A DNA stretch of 51,169 nucleotides. Source: Bacteroidales bacterium. Lineage in GTDB: Bacteria > Bacteroidota > Bacteroidia > Bacteroidales > JBEPYD01. The translations under genes and the position numbers were made by a program. This document shows, in pieces, positions 38,729 to 49,600 of this stretch. The stretch is taken from positions 1-51,169 of the forward strand of contig JBEPYD010000003.1 of NCBI GenBank assembly GCA_041641575.1. The letters are read 5' to 3'. Position 1 is the stretch's first letter. Each line of letters opens with the position of its first letter. The notes beneath the pieces were generated by a model that searched no databases, had not been told where the DNA came from, and was given only the letters and a program-made list of their open reading frames with translations.

Positions 38729-40180
38729 ATGATAAAAATTGCCAAAACCACCCAAATTCCGGAACCGGGGAATTTAATTTATATTACGACAAAGGATCAA
38801 AAGCTGGACGATACCTACTTTTCGGAGCAGGAAAAAGATTATATCCAAAATCAGTTTAACAACAAAATGGACATTGTTCCGGTAAACCAATTTAACCGGA
38901 TGATTTTTGTATGCCTTCAAGATTCAAAACCAGACCCTGAAAAAACATGGGAAGAAGCCCGCCTGAAAGGTTTTGAATTATGTAAGCGCCTCAACAAACA
39001 TAAATTAAACTCTATAACACTGGTTGACAGCCAACAAGATGCTAAACTGGTTTATGCCCTTGCAGAAGGTATCGCGCTCTCAAACTATCAGTTCCTTTAT
39101 CATCTTTCTAAAAAAGAAGAAAAAAAGAACAGCCTCCAAAGTATTTTTCTCTTCTCTGATGCCATTTCTGATCATGATATTAAACTGATGGAAGCCTCTG
39201 TGGGTGGTGTTTATTATACCCGCGACCTTGTAAATCAACCCCTGAATTATATGGGAGCTACAGAGCTTGCCGAAGAAATAAAGAAGATGGGGAAAGAAGC
39301 CGGGTTTTCCGTGGAAGTATTTAACAAGAAAAAAATTGAATCACTAAAAATGGGTGGCCTGTTGGCTGTAAATAAGGGAAGTATTGACCCGCCAACCTTC
39401 TCCATTCTTGAATACAAGCCCAAAAAAGCCATTAATTCCAAACCCATTGTGCTGGTGGGCAAAGGTGTGGTATACGATACCGGCGGTTTAAGTTTAAAGC
39501 CCACGGCTGACAGTATGGATTATATGAAGTGCGATATGGCAGGAGGAGCCACAGTTGCCGGAGTATTGTATGCCATTGCGCGTGCAGGATTAAATGTGCA
39601 TGTAATTGGCCTTGTGCCTGCCACCGATAATCGCCCCGATGGGAATGCCTATGTGCCTGGCGATATTATTACCATGCACAGTGGTACTACCGTGGAAGTG
39701 CTGAACACAGATGCAGAGGGCAGAATGATACTCGCGGATGCCCTCAGTTACGCCAAAGAATACAAACCGAAGCTGACCATAAATATAGCCACACTTACCG
39801 GATCAGCGGCCGTGGCCATCGGCAACCAGGGTCTGGTAGGAATGGGCAATGCAGACGAACAAACCTTTAACAACCTCAAAAAGAGCGGCCATCAGGTTCA
39901 TGAGCGCGTGGCCGAATTCCCTTTCTGGGATGAATATGCCGAAATGTTAAAATCTGACGTGGCAGACATGAAAAATATCGGGGGAAAAACTGCCGGCGCA
40001 ATTACGGCAGGGAAATTTCTGGAACATTTTACGGATTATCCTTTCATTCACCTGGACATTGCAGGGCCCGCCTTTACAAAGACTCCTGACAAATATCGCG
40101 GCACCGGGGCAACAGGAATTGGCGTGCGGTTGCTCTTTAATTATTTAGCAAGTATCACAGAAGACAAACAGATATCGTAA
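38729..40180 (+). CDS. pepA: Leucyl aminopeptidase (peptidase M17)
   Basis: 483 aa. VGKGV.YDTGGLSLKP, CDMAGGA, and M17 signature NTDAEGRMILADAL. Confidence 0.93.
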   Translation: MIKIAKTTQIPEPGNLIYITTKDQKLDDTYFSEQEKDYIQNQFNNKMDIVPVNQFNRMIFVCLQDSKPDPEKTWEEARLKGFELCKRLNKHKLNSITLVDSQQDAKLVYALAEGIALSNYQFLYHLSKKEEKKNSLQSIFLFSDAISDHDIKLMEASVGGVYYTRDLVNQPLNYMGATELAEEIKKMGKEAGFSVEVFNKKKIESLKMGGLLAVNKGSIDPPTFSILEYKPKKAINSKPIVLVGKGVVYDTGGLSLKPTADSMDYMKCDMAGGATVAGVLYAIARAGLNVHVIGLVPATDNRPDGNAYVPGDIITMHSGTTVEVLNTDAEGRMILADALSYAKEYKPKLTINIATLTGSAAVAIGNQGLVGMGNADEQTFNNLKKSGHQVHERVAEFPFWDEYAEMLKSDVADMKNIGGKTAGAITAGKFLEHFTDYPFIHLDIAGPAFTKTPDKYRGTGATGIGVRLLFNYLASITEDKQIS

Positions 40181-41229
40181 TGACTGATAAAATTAAGATA
40201 GGAATTACCCATGGCGACATCAATGGAATAAGCTATGAGGTAATACTTAAAACATTTCTCGACAACCAAACATACAGTAATTATACGCCGGTTATCTACG
40301 GCTCACCAAAAGTTGCTGCATATCACCGAAAAGCTTTAGACATTGAAAATTTAACACTGAACAACATCAAGCATGCCCATGAGGCCATGGATGGCAGGGT
40401 GAATATTTTACACTGCATTGATGATGAAATTCGAGTGGAACTTGGAAAATCGACCGAGGCAGCAGGCAAATCTTCAGTAGATGCCCTGGAAAAAGCAGTG
40501 GAAGACCTGAAAAATAAAACTATTGATGTCCTGGTTACAGCTCCTATCGATAAACAAAACATTCAGTCAGAAAATTTCTCCTTCCCCGGCCATACCGAAT
40601 TTCTTAAAACCCGCTTTGAATCAGACGATGTGGTAATGCTTATGATAAGTGAACTGATGAAGGTAGGCGTGGTAACAGGTCATGTGCCGGTTGCAGGCAT
40701 TTCCAATGCCTTGACCAGGGAAAAAATAGTGTCCAAGTTAAAAGTGATGCATCACTCTCTGCTCCAGGATTTCACCATTCGTAAACCCAAAATTGCAGTG
40801 CTTGGATTAAACCCACATGCGGGAGACAATGGTGTAATTGGCAATGAGGAAAAAGACATCATCACTCCGGCAATAGAAGAAGCACGCGAACAGGGAATTA
40901 TGGCGCTGGGCCCCTACCCTGCCGATGGTTTTTTTGGCGCTGGCAGCTTCGCGCAGTTCGATGCCATTCTGGCCATGTATCATGACCAGGGACTTGCACC
41001 CTTTAAAGCACTTTCCATTGACGGTGGCGTGAATTTCACCGCTGGTCTTCCCATTGTACGCACATCACCTGCCCATGGCACTGCTTATGAACTTGCCGGA
41101 AAGGGAGAAGCCTCAATTGATTCTTTCAGAAGGGCATTTTACCTTGCCGGTGATATCTATACAAATCGCCAGAAATATAACGAACTGACCAAAAACCCTC
41201 TAAATCCCTCCAAACAGGAATATGAGTAA
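40180..41229 (+). CDS. pdxA: 4-hydroxythreonine-4-phosphate dehydrogenase
   Basis: 349 aa. GDINGISYEV, GHTEFL, LNPHAGDNG, YHDQGL, TSP.HGTA. Its start overlaps the pepA stop (TAATG). Confidence 0.93.
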   Translation: MTDKIKIGITHGDINGISYEVILKTFLDNQTYSNYTPVIYGSPKVAAYHRKALDIENLTLNNIKHAHEAMDGRVNILHCIDDEIRVELGKSTEAAGKSSVDALEKAVEDLKNKTIDVLVTAPIDKQNIQSENFSFPGHTEFLKTRFESDDVVMLMISELMKVGVVTGHVPVAGISNALTREKIVSKLKVMHHSLLQDFTIRKPKIAVLGLNPHAGDNGVIGNEEKDIITPAIEEAREQGIMALGPYPADGFFGAGSFAQFDAILAMYHDQGLAPFKALSIDGGVNFTAGLPIVRTSPAHGTAYELAGKGEASIDSFRRAFYLAGDIYTNRQKYNELTKNPLNPSKQEYE

Positions 41230-41276
41230 GAATTGTTTTACTGACGCGATAAAGGGACAGAATTAAATTTATTTAC

Positions 41277-42911
41277 ATGCAGAAAAGACGCTTCCTGTTA
41301 CTTTCGGTATTAACAGGTATACTGCTCAGTGCAGGATGGTATTCCGGATTTACGGGCCTGGTGCTATTGATAGCATTTATCCCCCTGCTTTATGTTGAAG
41401 AATACTTCCTGGAAAACAAGGAAAAATATACTTCCTTTCAGGCTGTAAAATATGCCTTTCTCTCATTCATTATATGGAATCTTCTTACCTCATGGTGGAT
41501 CAAGAATGCATCGGTATTTGGTGTAGTAGCAGCTGTTTTGATAAATACCACGCTAATGTCGCTGGTTTTTTGGTTGTTTCATATAACCGGACGAAAACTG
41601 GGCCGCGGCTTTGGCTATTTTGCTCTGCTGGTGTTCTGGATTAGCTTTGAACATTTTTACATTAATGGCGAAATTTCATGGCCCTGGCTTACATTGGGTT
41701 ACGGTTTTGCCTACGACATTATTTTTGTGCAATGGTATGAATACACAGGCTCGCTTGGAGGAAGTTTATGGGTGTTACTGGCCAATGTGGTATTATTCAG
41801 GGCTGTTAAGGCAAGTATTTCTCCCTTGCAATCCTATACCAAAGGCACCATGGTGGCTGCCCTTGTGGTTATTTTTGTGCCCATGATAATTTCAGTTCTC
41901 CGTTTTTATACCTATGAAAATAAAGGAACCCCGCATGAAATTGTGGTCGTACAGCCCAACATAGATCCATATAAAAAGTTTGTCGCACTGTCGAGTGAAG
42001 AACAAACACAAATTATGATCCGCCTGGCCGATTCTTTGGCCACCGAAAATACGAGCTACATTGTAGCACCCGAAACAGCCATCAACAATAATATATGGCT
42101 GGAGAATATGATGGATAACCCGGACATTCAGATGATCAAAAACTTCATCGAAACAGAATATCCTGCAGCAAAATTTATTGTTGGAATCACTTCTTACCTT
42201 GCCTACCCTGATGAAAGCTCGGCGTCTCATACTGCCCGCCCTTTGGGTAGTTCCGGCCAGTTTTATGACAGTTTTAATACTTCCATACAGATTGACACCA
42301 CAGAAGTAGTACAATATTACCATAAAAGTAAGCTGGTGGTAGGTGTTGAAAAAATGCCCTATCCGCAATACCTGAAATTCCTGCGAAAACTTACCCTGCA
42401 ACTTGGCGGAGCATTCCGCAGCCATGGAACACAGGAAAACCGTATCTCATTTATTTCGCCCCAGGACAGCACAGGCATTGGTACAGCCATCTGCTATGAA
42501 TCAATTTTTGGAGAATTTGTTACAGAATACATTAAAAGCGGCACCAATTTGCTGTTTATTATCACAAATGATGGCTGGTGGGGCGATACACCGGGCTACA
42601 GGCAGCACAATGCTTTTGGAGCCTTACGCGCCATTGAAACCAGGAAAAGCATTGCCCGCAGTGCCAATACAGGTATTTCTTCATTTTTTAATCAGCGGGG
42701 CGAAATGCTTCAAAAACTAGGCTGGTGGCAAAGAGGTGCAATCAAAGAAACATTGTACGCAAATGATATGATCACTTTTTACACGCGCCATGGTGATTAT
42801 ATTGCCAGGGTAAGCTACTTTTTTGCACTGATTGTGCTTGTTTATCTTCTGGTACGCTTCCTTATGGAAAAGAATCCGCGTACCGGAAAAAGCGGGCAGG
42901 CAGAGAATTAA
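41277..42911 (+). CDS. lnt: Apolipoprotein N-acyltransferase
   Basis: 544 aa. N-terminal multi-TM domain plus a C-terminal nitrilase-like domain with the catalytic context ICYESIFGEF. Confidence 0.9.
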   Translation: MQKRRFLLLSVLTGILLSAGWYSGFTGLVLLIAFIPLLYVEEYFLENKEKYTSFQAVKYAFLSFIIWNLLTSWWIKNASVFGVVAAVLINTTLMSLVFWLFHITGRKLGRGFGYFALLVFWISFEHFYINGEISWPWLTLGYGFAYDIIFVQWYEYTGSLGGSLWVLLANVVLFRAVKASISPLQSYTKGTMVAALVVIFVPMIISVLRFYTYENKGTPHEIVVVQPNIDPYKKFVALSSEEQTQIMIRLADSLATENTSYIVAPETAINNNIWLENMMDNPDIQMIKNFIETEYPAAKFIVGITSYLAYPDESSASHTARPLGSSGQFYDSFNTSIQIDTTEVVQYYHKSKLVVGVEKMPYPQYLKFLRKLTLQLGGAFRSHGTQENRISFISPQDSTGIGTAICYESIFGEFVTEYIKSGTNLLFIITNDGWWGDTPGYRQHNAFGALRAIETRKSIARSANTGISSFFNQRGEMLQKLGWWQRGAIKETLYANDMITFYTRHGDYIARVSYFFALIVLVYLLVRFLMEKNPRTGKSGQAEN

Positions 42912-43017
42912 CTATTTCTGCTGATTTACCCAAAGTTAACCCCAAATGTAACGCTGTAAATCATGGTTGTTTTGCCATTTTTATTTTACTTTTGCCCTCA
43001 TTCAAAAAATCTGTAAA

Positions 43018-43605
43018 ATGTTAGAATATCTTCGGGGAACCATTGTTGAAACGTCACCCGCCCATGCGGTTATTGAAAATAATAATATAGGATATTTTTT
43101 AAATATTTCACTGGCAACATATTCAGCCTTATCGAAATTACATAAAGAGGATGTGAAACTGTTTGTCCAAGAAATTATAAGGGAAGATTTGCGGGCTCTT
43201 TACGGTTTTCTGGATGCAGGCGAAAGAGAAATGTTTCGTTCGCTCATTTCTGTTTCAGGAGTAGGCGCAAATACAGCCAGAATGATTCTCTCCTCCTACT
43301 CCGCCGCAGAAATAAAAACGGCCATTTTAAATAGCGACGTGAACCTGCTTAAAAGTATTAAAGGCATTGGATTAAAATCCGCCCAGCGACTGATTGTTGA
43401 GCTGAAAGATAAAATTGGAAAAGTTAAAAGTGGTGCAGAAATATTTAATGATACAAACAATACAATAAAAGATGAAGCGTTATCTGCTTTAGTAATGTTA
43501 GGATTTTCAAAATCTATGGTGGACAAAGTACTAACAAAAATACTTTCAGAAAATTCGGATATTTCAGTTGAAGAACTGGTAAAATTATCCTTAAAGCGAT
43601 TGTAA
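43018..43605 (+). CDS. ruvA: Holliday junction branch migration complex subunit RuvA
   Basis: MLEYLRGTI...G.GY......T........L(F)V..I.RED...LYGF, then a helix-hairpin-helix region (ISVSGVGANTARMILS; IKGIGLKSAQRLIVELKDK). The track ORF start at 42967 adds a non-homologous 17 aa, so I prefer the ATG at 43018. Confidence 0.93.
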   Translation: MLEYLRGTIVETSPAHAVIENNNIGYFLNISLATYSALSKLHKEDVKLFVQEIIREDLRALYGFLDAGEREMFRSLISVSGVGANTARMILSSYSAAEIKTAILNSDVNLLKSIKGIGLKSAQRLIVELKDKIGKVKSGAEIFNDTNNTIKDEALSALVMLGFSKSMVDKVLTKILSENSDISVEELVKLSLKRL

Positions 43606-43627
43606 AATACACTAGCAGGTAAACCTT

Positions 43628-46600
43628 TTGAAGAGAAGCGCAAAATACCCGAAGTCTGGAATAGCTTTTTTAAGTTTTCTCACCACAATTGTTCTCTCCC
43701 TTGGGAATAGTTTTTTTATCCCTGTACTTGCTTTTACGGTAGCTGCACCACAACTCCCTCCCGACACCAGCGATCTGAGATACCCATTTGAAGATACGGA
43801 AGCTTTTCCATACGGCGAAACAGAAAGCACTTCACCCCTGATGCTGGACGATCCATCCAACATTGAATCTTCGGTTGAATACAATCCTGAAACCGGAGAG
43901 TATGAGTTTCGCAGACGCATTGGCGCCTTTGATTACCGGCCTCCGGTAACCATGTCGCTTGAAGAATACCGGGAATACCAAATGAACAAAGCCATACGGG
44001 AATACTGGCGTCAGCAGGCGCAAACACGCGGCCAGATAGAAGGTGATGAGGGCCTTATTCCTTCCATCAACTTTGGTGGCGAAGCATTTGATAAAATATT
44101 TGGCAGCAACACTATTGACATTACACCACAAGGTTCTGCAGAACTGGTTTTCGGGTACAACATGTCGCGCATTGATAATCCCAATATCAGTGAACGATTA
44201 CGAAAAACCCCCTCGTTTACATTTGAAGAAAAAATTCAGATGAATCTTACCGGCTCCATCGGAGATAAAATGAACCTGGGAATTAATTACAATACCGAAG
44301 CAACCTTCGATTTTGAAAACCGCACAAAACTGGAATACGAGGGTGACGAGGATGAAATTATTAAAAAAATTGAAGCGGGTAATGTGAATCTTCCCCTTAC
44401 AGGTTCGCTTATCACAGGAAGCCAAAGCCTGTTTGGTCTTAAAACCGAACTTCAGTTCGGAAAACTTACCATGACAAGTGTGTTTAGCCAGCAAAAAGGC
44501 GAAACAAGCGTAATAGAGGTTGCTGGCGGCGCTCAGGTAAACGAATACGAGGTGCGTGCCGATGAATATGATGCCAACAAGCATTTCTTCCTCTCGCACT
44601 ATTTTAAAGATACCTATAACCGGGCAACAAGTAACCTTCCGGTGATTAATTCCGGCATAAATATTACACGCATCGAAGTATGGATTACCAACCGTTCCAG
44701 TAACTTTGATGATGCCCGTAACATCGTCGCACTTACAGACCTTGGTGAAGCCGGTGACAATGTTTACAACGATAATATTCCTGCCAGCGGTGGCGCTCCC
44801 TACCCAAGGAATGTGGCAAATGAACTCTACTCCACGGTAACCGGCAATGCAGGTATAAGAAATGTAAATGAAGCTTCAAATATTCTGAATGGCCTGTATG
44901 GAGGAATGCGCATTGGTTATGAGTTTGAAAAAATAGAAAATGCACAGCAACTTAACCCCAGGGAATATGAGCTGAATGAACGGCTGGGTTATATTTCTCT
45001 TAACCGTGCATTGAATGCAGATGAAGTACTTGCCGTTGCCTACCAATACACACTAAATGGGAGAACATACCAGGTGGGTGAATTTTCTACTGATGGTGTT
45101 AGTGCTCCTGATGCCCTTTTGGTAAAACTGCTCAAAGGCACCAATCTTTCTCCCCGCGTTCCTACATGGGAACTTATGATGAAGAATATTTATGCCATCG
45201 GAGCCTACCAGATTGATCAGACTGAATTTGTGCTGGATGTACTTTATGAAAATGATGAAACGGGAACGGCCATTAACTATATTCCGGAAGAACAGGTAAG
45301 CAAGGACCTTCTGCTAACCATCATGAACCTGGATAATGTTAACAGCCAGCTCGACCCCTATCCTGACGGGGTGTTTGATTATATTCAGGGTATTACCGTA
45401 TACCCCTCGAACGGAAGAATTATATTCCCCGTGCTGGAACCTTTTGGTGAGGGGTTGAAGGACTACTTTGAAAGTAAAAATGTGCCGCAGGAAATTCAGG
45501 AAAAATACCTCTTTATGGAATTGTATGATTCCACCCAAACACAGGCGGAGCAAATTGCCGATAAAAACAAATTCCTGATCGCGGGTACATACCGTTCTTC
45601 TGTTAGCAGTGAAATTCCGCTGAACGCCATGAACGTTCCCCAGGGTTCTGTAGTAGTTAGCGCCGGAGGGGTAACCCTGCAGGAAAATATCGACTACACG
45701 GTTGATTATACACTGGGCAGGGTAAAAATTATAAACCAGGGATTACTGGAATCCGGTACGCCTATCCGCATATCGCTTGAAAGCAACTCGTTGTTTGCCA
45801 TCCAAACCAAAACCCTGGTGGGAACACATTTAAACTATCAGTTCTCTGATAAATTCAATGTGGGCGCCACCGTGTTGAACCTGACAGAACGCCCGCTCAC
45901 ACAGAAAGTGAACATTGGTGATGAGCCCATTTCAAATACCATTTGGGGCCTCAACTCATCTTACGAAACAGAATCGCAATTTCTAACCACCCTTATTGAT
46001 AAAATACCACTAATTGAAACCAAAGAAACTTCTCTCCTTACTTTCGACGGGGAATTTGCCCAGCTGATACCTGGTTCTTCAAAAGCAATAGGCAAGGATG
46101 GCGTTTCTTATATTGATGATTTTGAAGGCAGCGAAACCTCCATTGAGCTTAAATCATTCCCTGCATGGAACCTGGCAAGTGCTCCCCGTGGCGAAAATCA
46201 GAATCTTTTTCCCGAAGCTGAAATAAGCAACAGCCATGTATATGGTTTGAACCGTGCCAAACTCGCCTGGTATGTGATTGACCCTCTGTTCCTGAGGAAC
46301 AACTCGCTTACACCCGGTCACATAAAAAGCAATGCAGATGCACAATCCTCGCATTTTGTAAGGGAAATACTGGAGCGCGAGCTGTTCCCCAACAGGGAAA
46401 GCCCCAATAACATCCCTACCAACCTGGCAGTACTAAATGTTGCCTACTATCCTACGGAAAAAGGCCCCTATAATTATGATGTAACAGGTGGTCCTTATTC
46501 TGCCGGTATTAATGAGGAGGGTTTACTAAGGGAACCGGAAGAACGATGGGGAGGTATGATGCGCGAGATTCAAACCAACGACTTTGAAGCAGCCAACGTG

Positions 46601-49600
46601 GAATATATTGAATTCTGGCTGATGAACCCGTTCGTGGAGGATTCTTCCCACAGCGGCGGTGACCTCTATTTTAACCTGGGGGATGTTTCCGAAGATATCT
46701 TACGTGACGGACGCAAAGCTTTTGAAAACGGCTTACCCGTACCTGGTGAACCAGACCTGGTTGACACAACTGCGTGGGGCCGTGTACCCATCAAGCAATC
46801 TTTGGTAAATGCTTTTGATACAGATCCCCAGTCGCGTGAATTTCAGGATGTAGGTTACGATGGGCTTTCCGATAACCAGGAGCTTGATTTCTTTAACTGG
46901 TATCTTGATTCCATTGCTGCGCTTTATGGCACAAGTTCTGACGCTTACCAAAAAGCACTTGAAGATCCTTCAAATGACAACTTCAATTATTTCCGCGATT
47001 CTGATTATGACCGGCAGGGCCTGAGCATACTGGAGCGTTACAAAAATTTTAATGATCCGGATGGTAACTCACCCACTGATCAGCAATCGGATGAATCGTA
47101 TCCCACATCAGGAACTACCCTGCCTGACCTGGAAGATATTAACCTCGACAACACCCTGAGCGAAGGTGAAAACTATTTTCAGTACCGGGTAAGCCTTAGG
47201 CCGGAAGACCTTGAGGTAGGGCAGAATTTTATTGTGGATAAGGTGACACCCTCTGTAGAATTTGAAAATGGTGAAAAGTCAAGCGTGGAATGGTTTCAGT
47301 TCCGCATTCCCATTTCTGAATACGAAAAAACAGTGGGCTCCATACAGGATTTTCAATCCATACGGTTTATGCGTATGTTTTTAACCGAATTCAGCGATAG
47401 CGTAATCCTGCGTTTTGCCACCCTGGAGCTGGTACGTGGCGAATGGCGTAAGTATAACCTGCCCTTGCAAACTGTGAATGAAGGCCCGGCAAACCCCCAG
47501 CCATCAGAAGGAAATTTTGAAGTATCTGCCGTAAATATTGAAGAAAACAGTGACAAAGACCCTGTAAACTATGTGCTTCCTCCGGGTATCGACAGGGTGA
47601 TTGACCCAACAAACCCCCAGTTGCGCCAGTTGAATGAACAAGCCATGGTTTTGCGCGTGCAGGATCTTCCGGACAATGATGCCCGGGCAGTGTTCAAAAA
47701 TGTAGGTCTGGATATGCGGCAGTATCAAAAACTGCAGATGGAAATACATGGCGAGGAAATTCCAGGCACCAACCTGCAGGATGGAGACCTTTCTGTATTC
47801 ATCAGGCTGGGAACAGATTACAAGGACAATTACTACGAGTATGAAATACCACTTGTTGTTACACCACCCGGGGATTACAATAATGATAACGGTGCTGACC
47901 GGCGTGCGGTATGGCCGGAGGAAAACCGCATGGATATTGCCTTATCACTTTTCCAACAGGTAAAACAGGCAAGAAACGATGCCATGCGTCGTGAAGGTTC
48001 TACGGTGAATTTTAATACCGTATACCAAATGCAGATAGACATAGGGGAAGTGCTGGCAAGTGTGAGGATTAGTGGTAATCCGAACCTGAGCAACGTGCGT
48101 ACCATTATGCTGGGGGTACGCAACCCGGGTGACCGCCGTAATCCTTACCCAAATGATAATATGCCCAAATCCGGTGAAATTTGGTTCAATGAATTACGGT
48201 TAACCGATTTTAATGATAATGGCGGATGGGCAGCAAATGCGCGTGCCACTGCCAGACTAGCAGATTTTGGGTCATTAACCATGGCTGGAAGCATAAGTAC
48301 GCCGGGATTTGGTAGCATAGAGAAAAAAGTAAATGAACGCTCTGTGGAAGAGATGATTTCTTACGACATAACCACCAATCTGGAGCTTGGAAAATTCTTT
48401 CCTGAAGAGTCCGGAGTTTCAATTCCTACATATATTGGCTATTCAGAAACATTTATCAATCCACAATATAATCCATTGGATCCGGATATTCCACTAAAAG
48501 CAGCCCTGGAAAATCTCGATACAGAGGCTGAGCGCGATTCGCTGCGCAACATTGCACAGGATTATACACGCCGTAAAAGCCTCAACTTTACCAATGTTAA
48601 AATTAACAAGCAGGGGAATGAGAAAGCACAGATTTATGATATTTCCAACTGGGCGGCAACCTATTCCTACAATGAAACTTTTATGCGCAACATAAAAACC
48701 GAATACAACACCTTAAGGAAATATCGCGGAGCACTCTCGTATAACTTTAGCACCAGACCCAAAAATATTGCACCCTTAAACAAAGTTGGCTTCCTGAATA
48801 AACCTGTATTCAGTCTTATTAGGGATTTTAACTTTTATTATTATCCTTCTAACATTTCATTCCGCACCGACCTCAACCGCCAATACAACGAAATTAAATT
48901 AAGGAACCTCAACAATCCGGATATTAGAATAGAACCTACCGTGAGGAAAGATTTCACCTGGAACAGGTATTACGACCTTAAATTTGACCTTACCAAATCC
49001 CTCAAGTTTGATTTTTCTGCTACCAACATTGCCCGTATAGACGAACCTCTTGGCCCAATGGATAAACGGCGCGACGATTACGAAGCCAAGCGGGATTCAA
49101 TTATAGATGAACTTATGGGATTTGGGCGTACCATCAATTATCAGCATTCTTTTAATGTTTCGTATAACGTGCCCATAAACAAAATTCCCGGGCTTAAGTG
49201 GACATCGTTAAATACCCGCTACAATGGAACGTATGCCTGGGATGCCGGCCCGATAACTGCCGATACCATTCAACTGGGAAATGCCATTAAAAATTCAAAT
49301 TCACTGCAGCTAAACGGCCAGCTAAATTTCCAGACCCTTTACGGGAAAGTAGGCTTTCTTAAAAAAATAGAACAGGAAACAAGTGGACGCCAACAAAATC
49401 AGGAACAACCGAAAAAAACTGTTACCTATGAGCGCAGACTCTTCAACCTGGAACCCGGAGACACCAAATCCATTTCTCACCGGTTAGGCACAGAAGATAT
49501 AGAGGTAATTGTAACTACCGAGGATGGCAGGGAGATAGAAGGAGACATAGAAATTCGCAGCGAGAACCGGGTGTATTTTACTGCAGCCGATTCGGCAGAA

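Noticed and set aside
41892-42425. 177-aa minus-strand ORF inside lnt, and the 166-aa and 104-aa minus ORFs inside eno (6040-6599)
   Set aside because: They are antisense to highly conserved genes. Cys/Phe-rich or Ser-rich compositions and the absence of motifs indicate non-coding frames.
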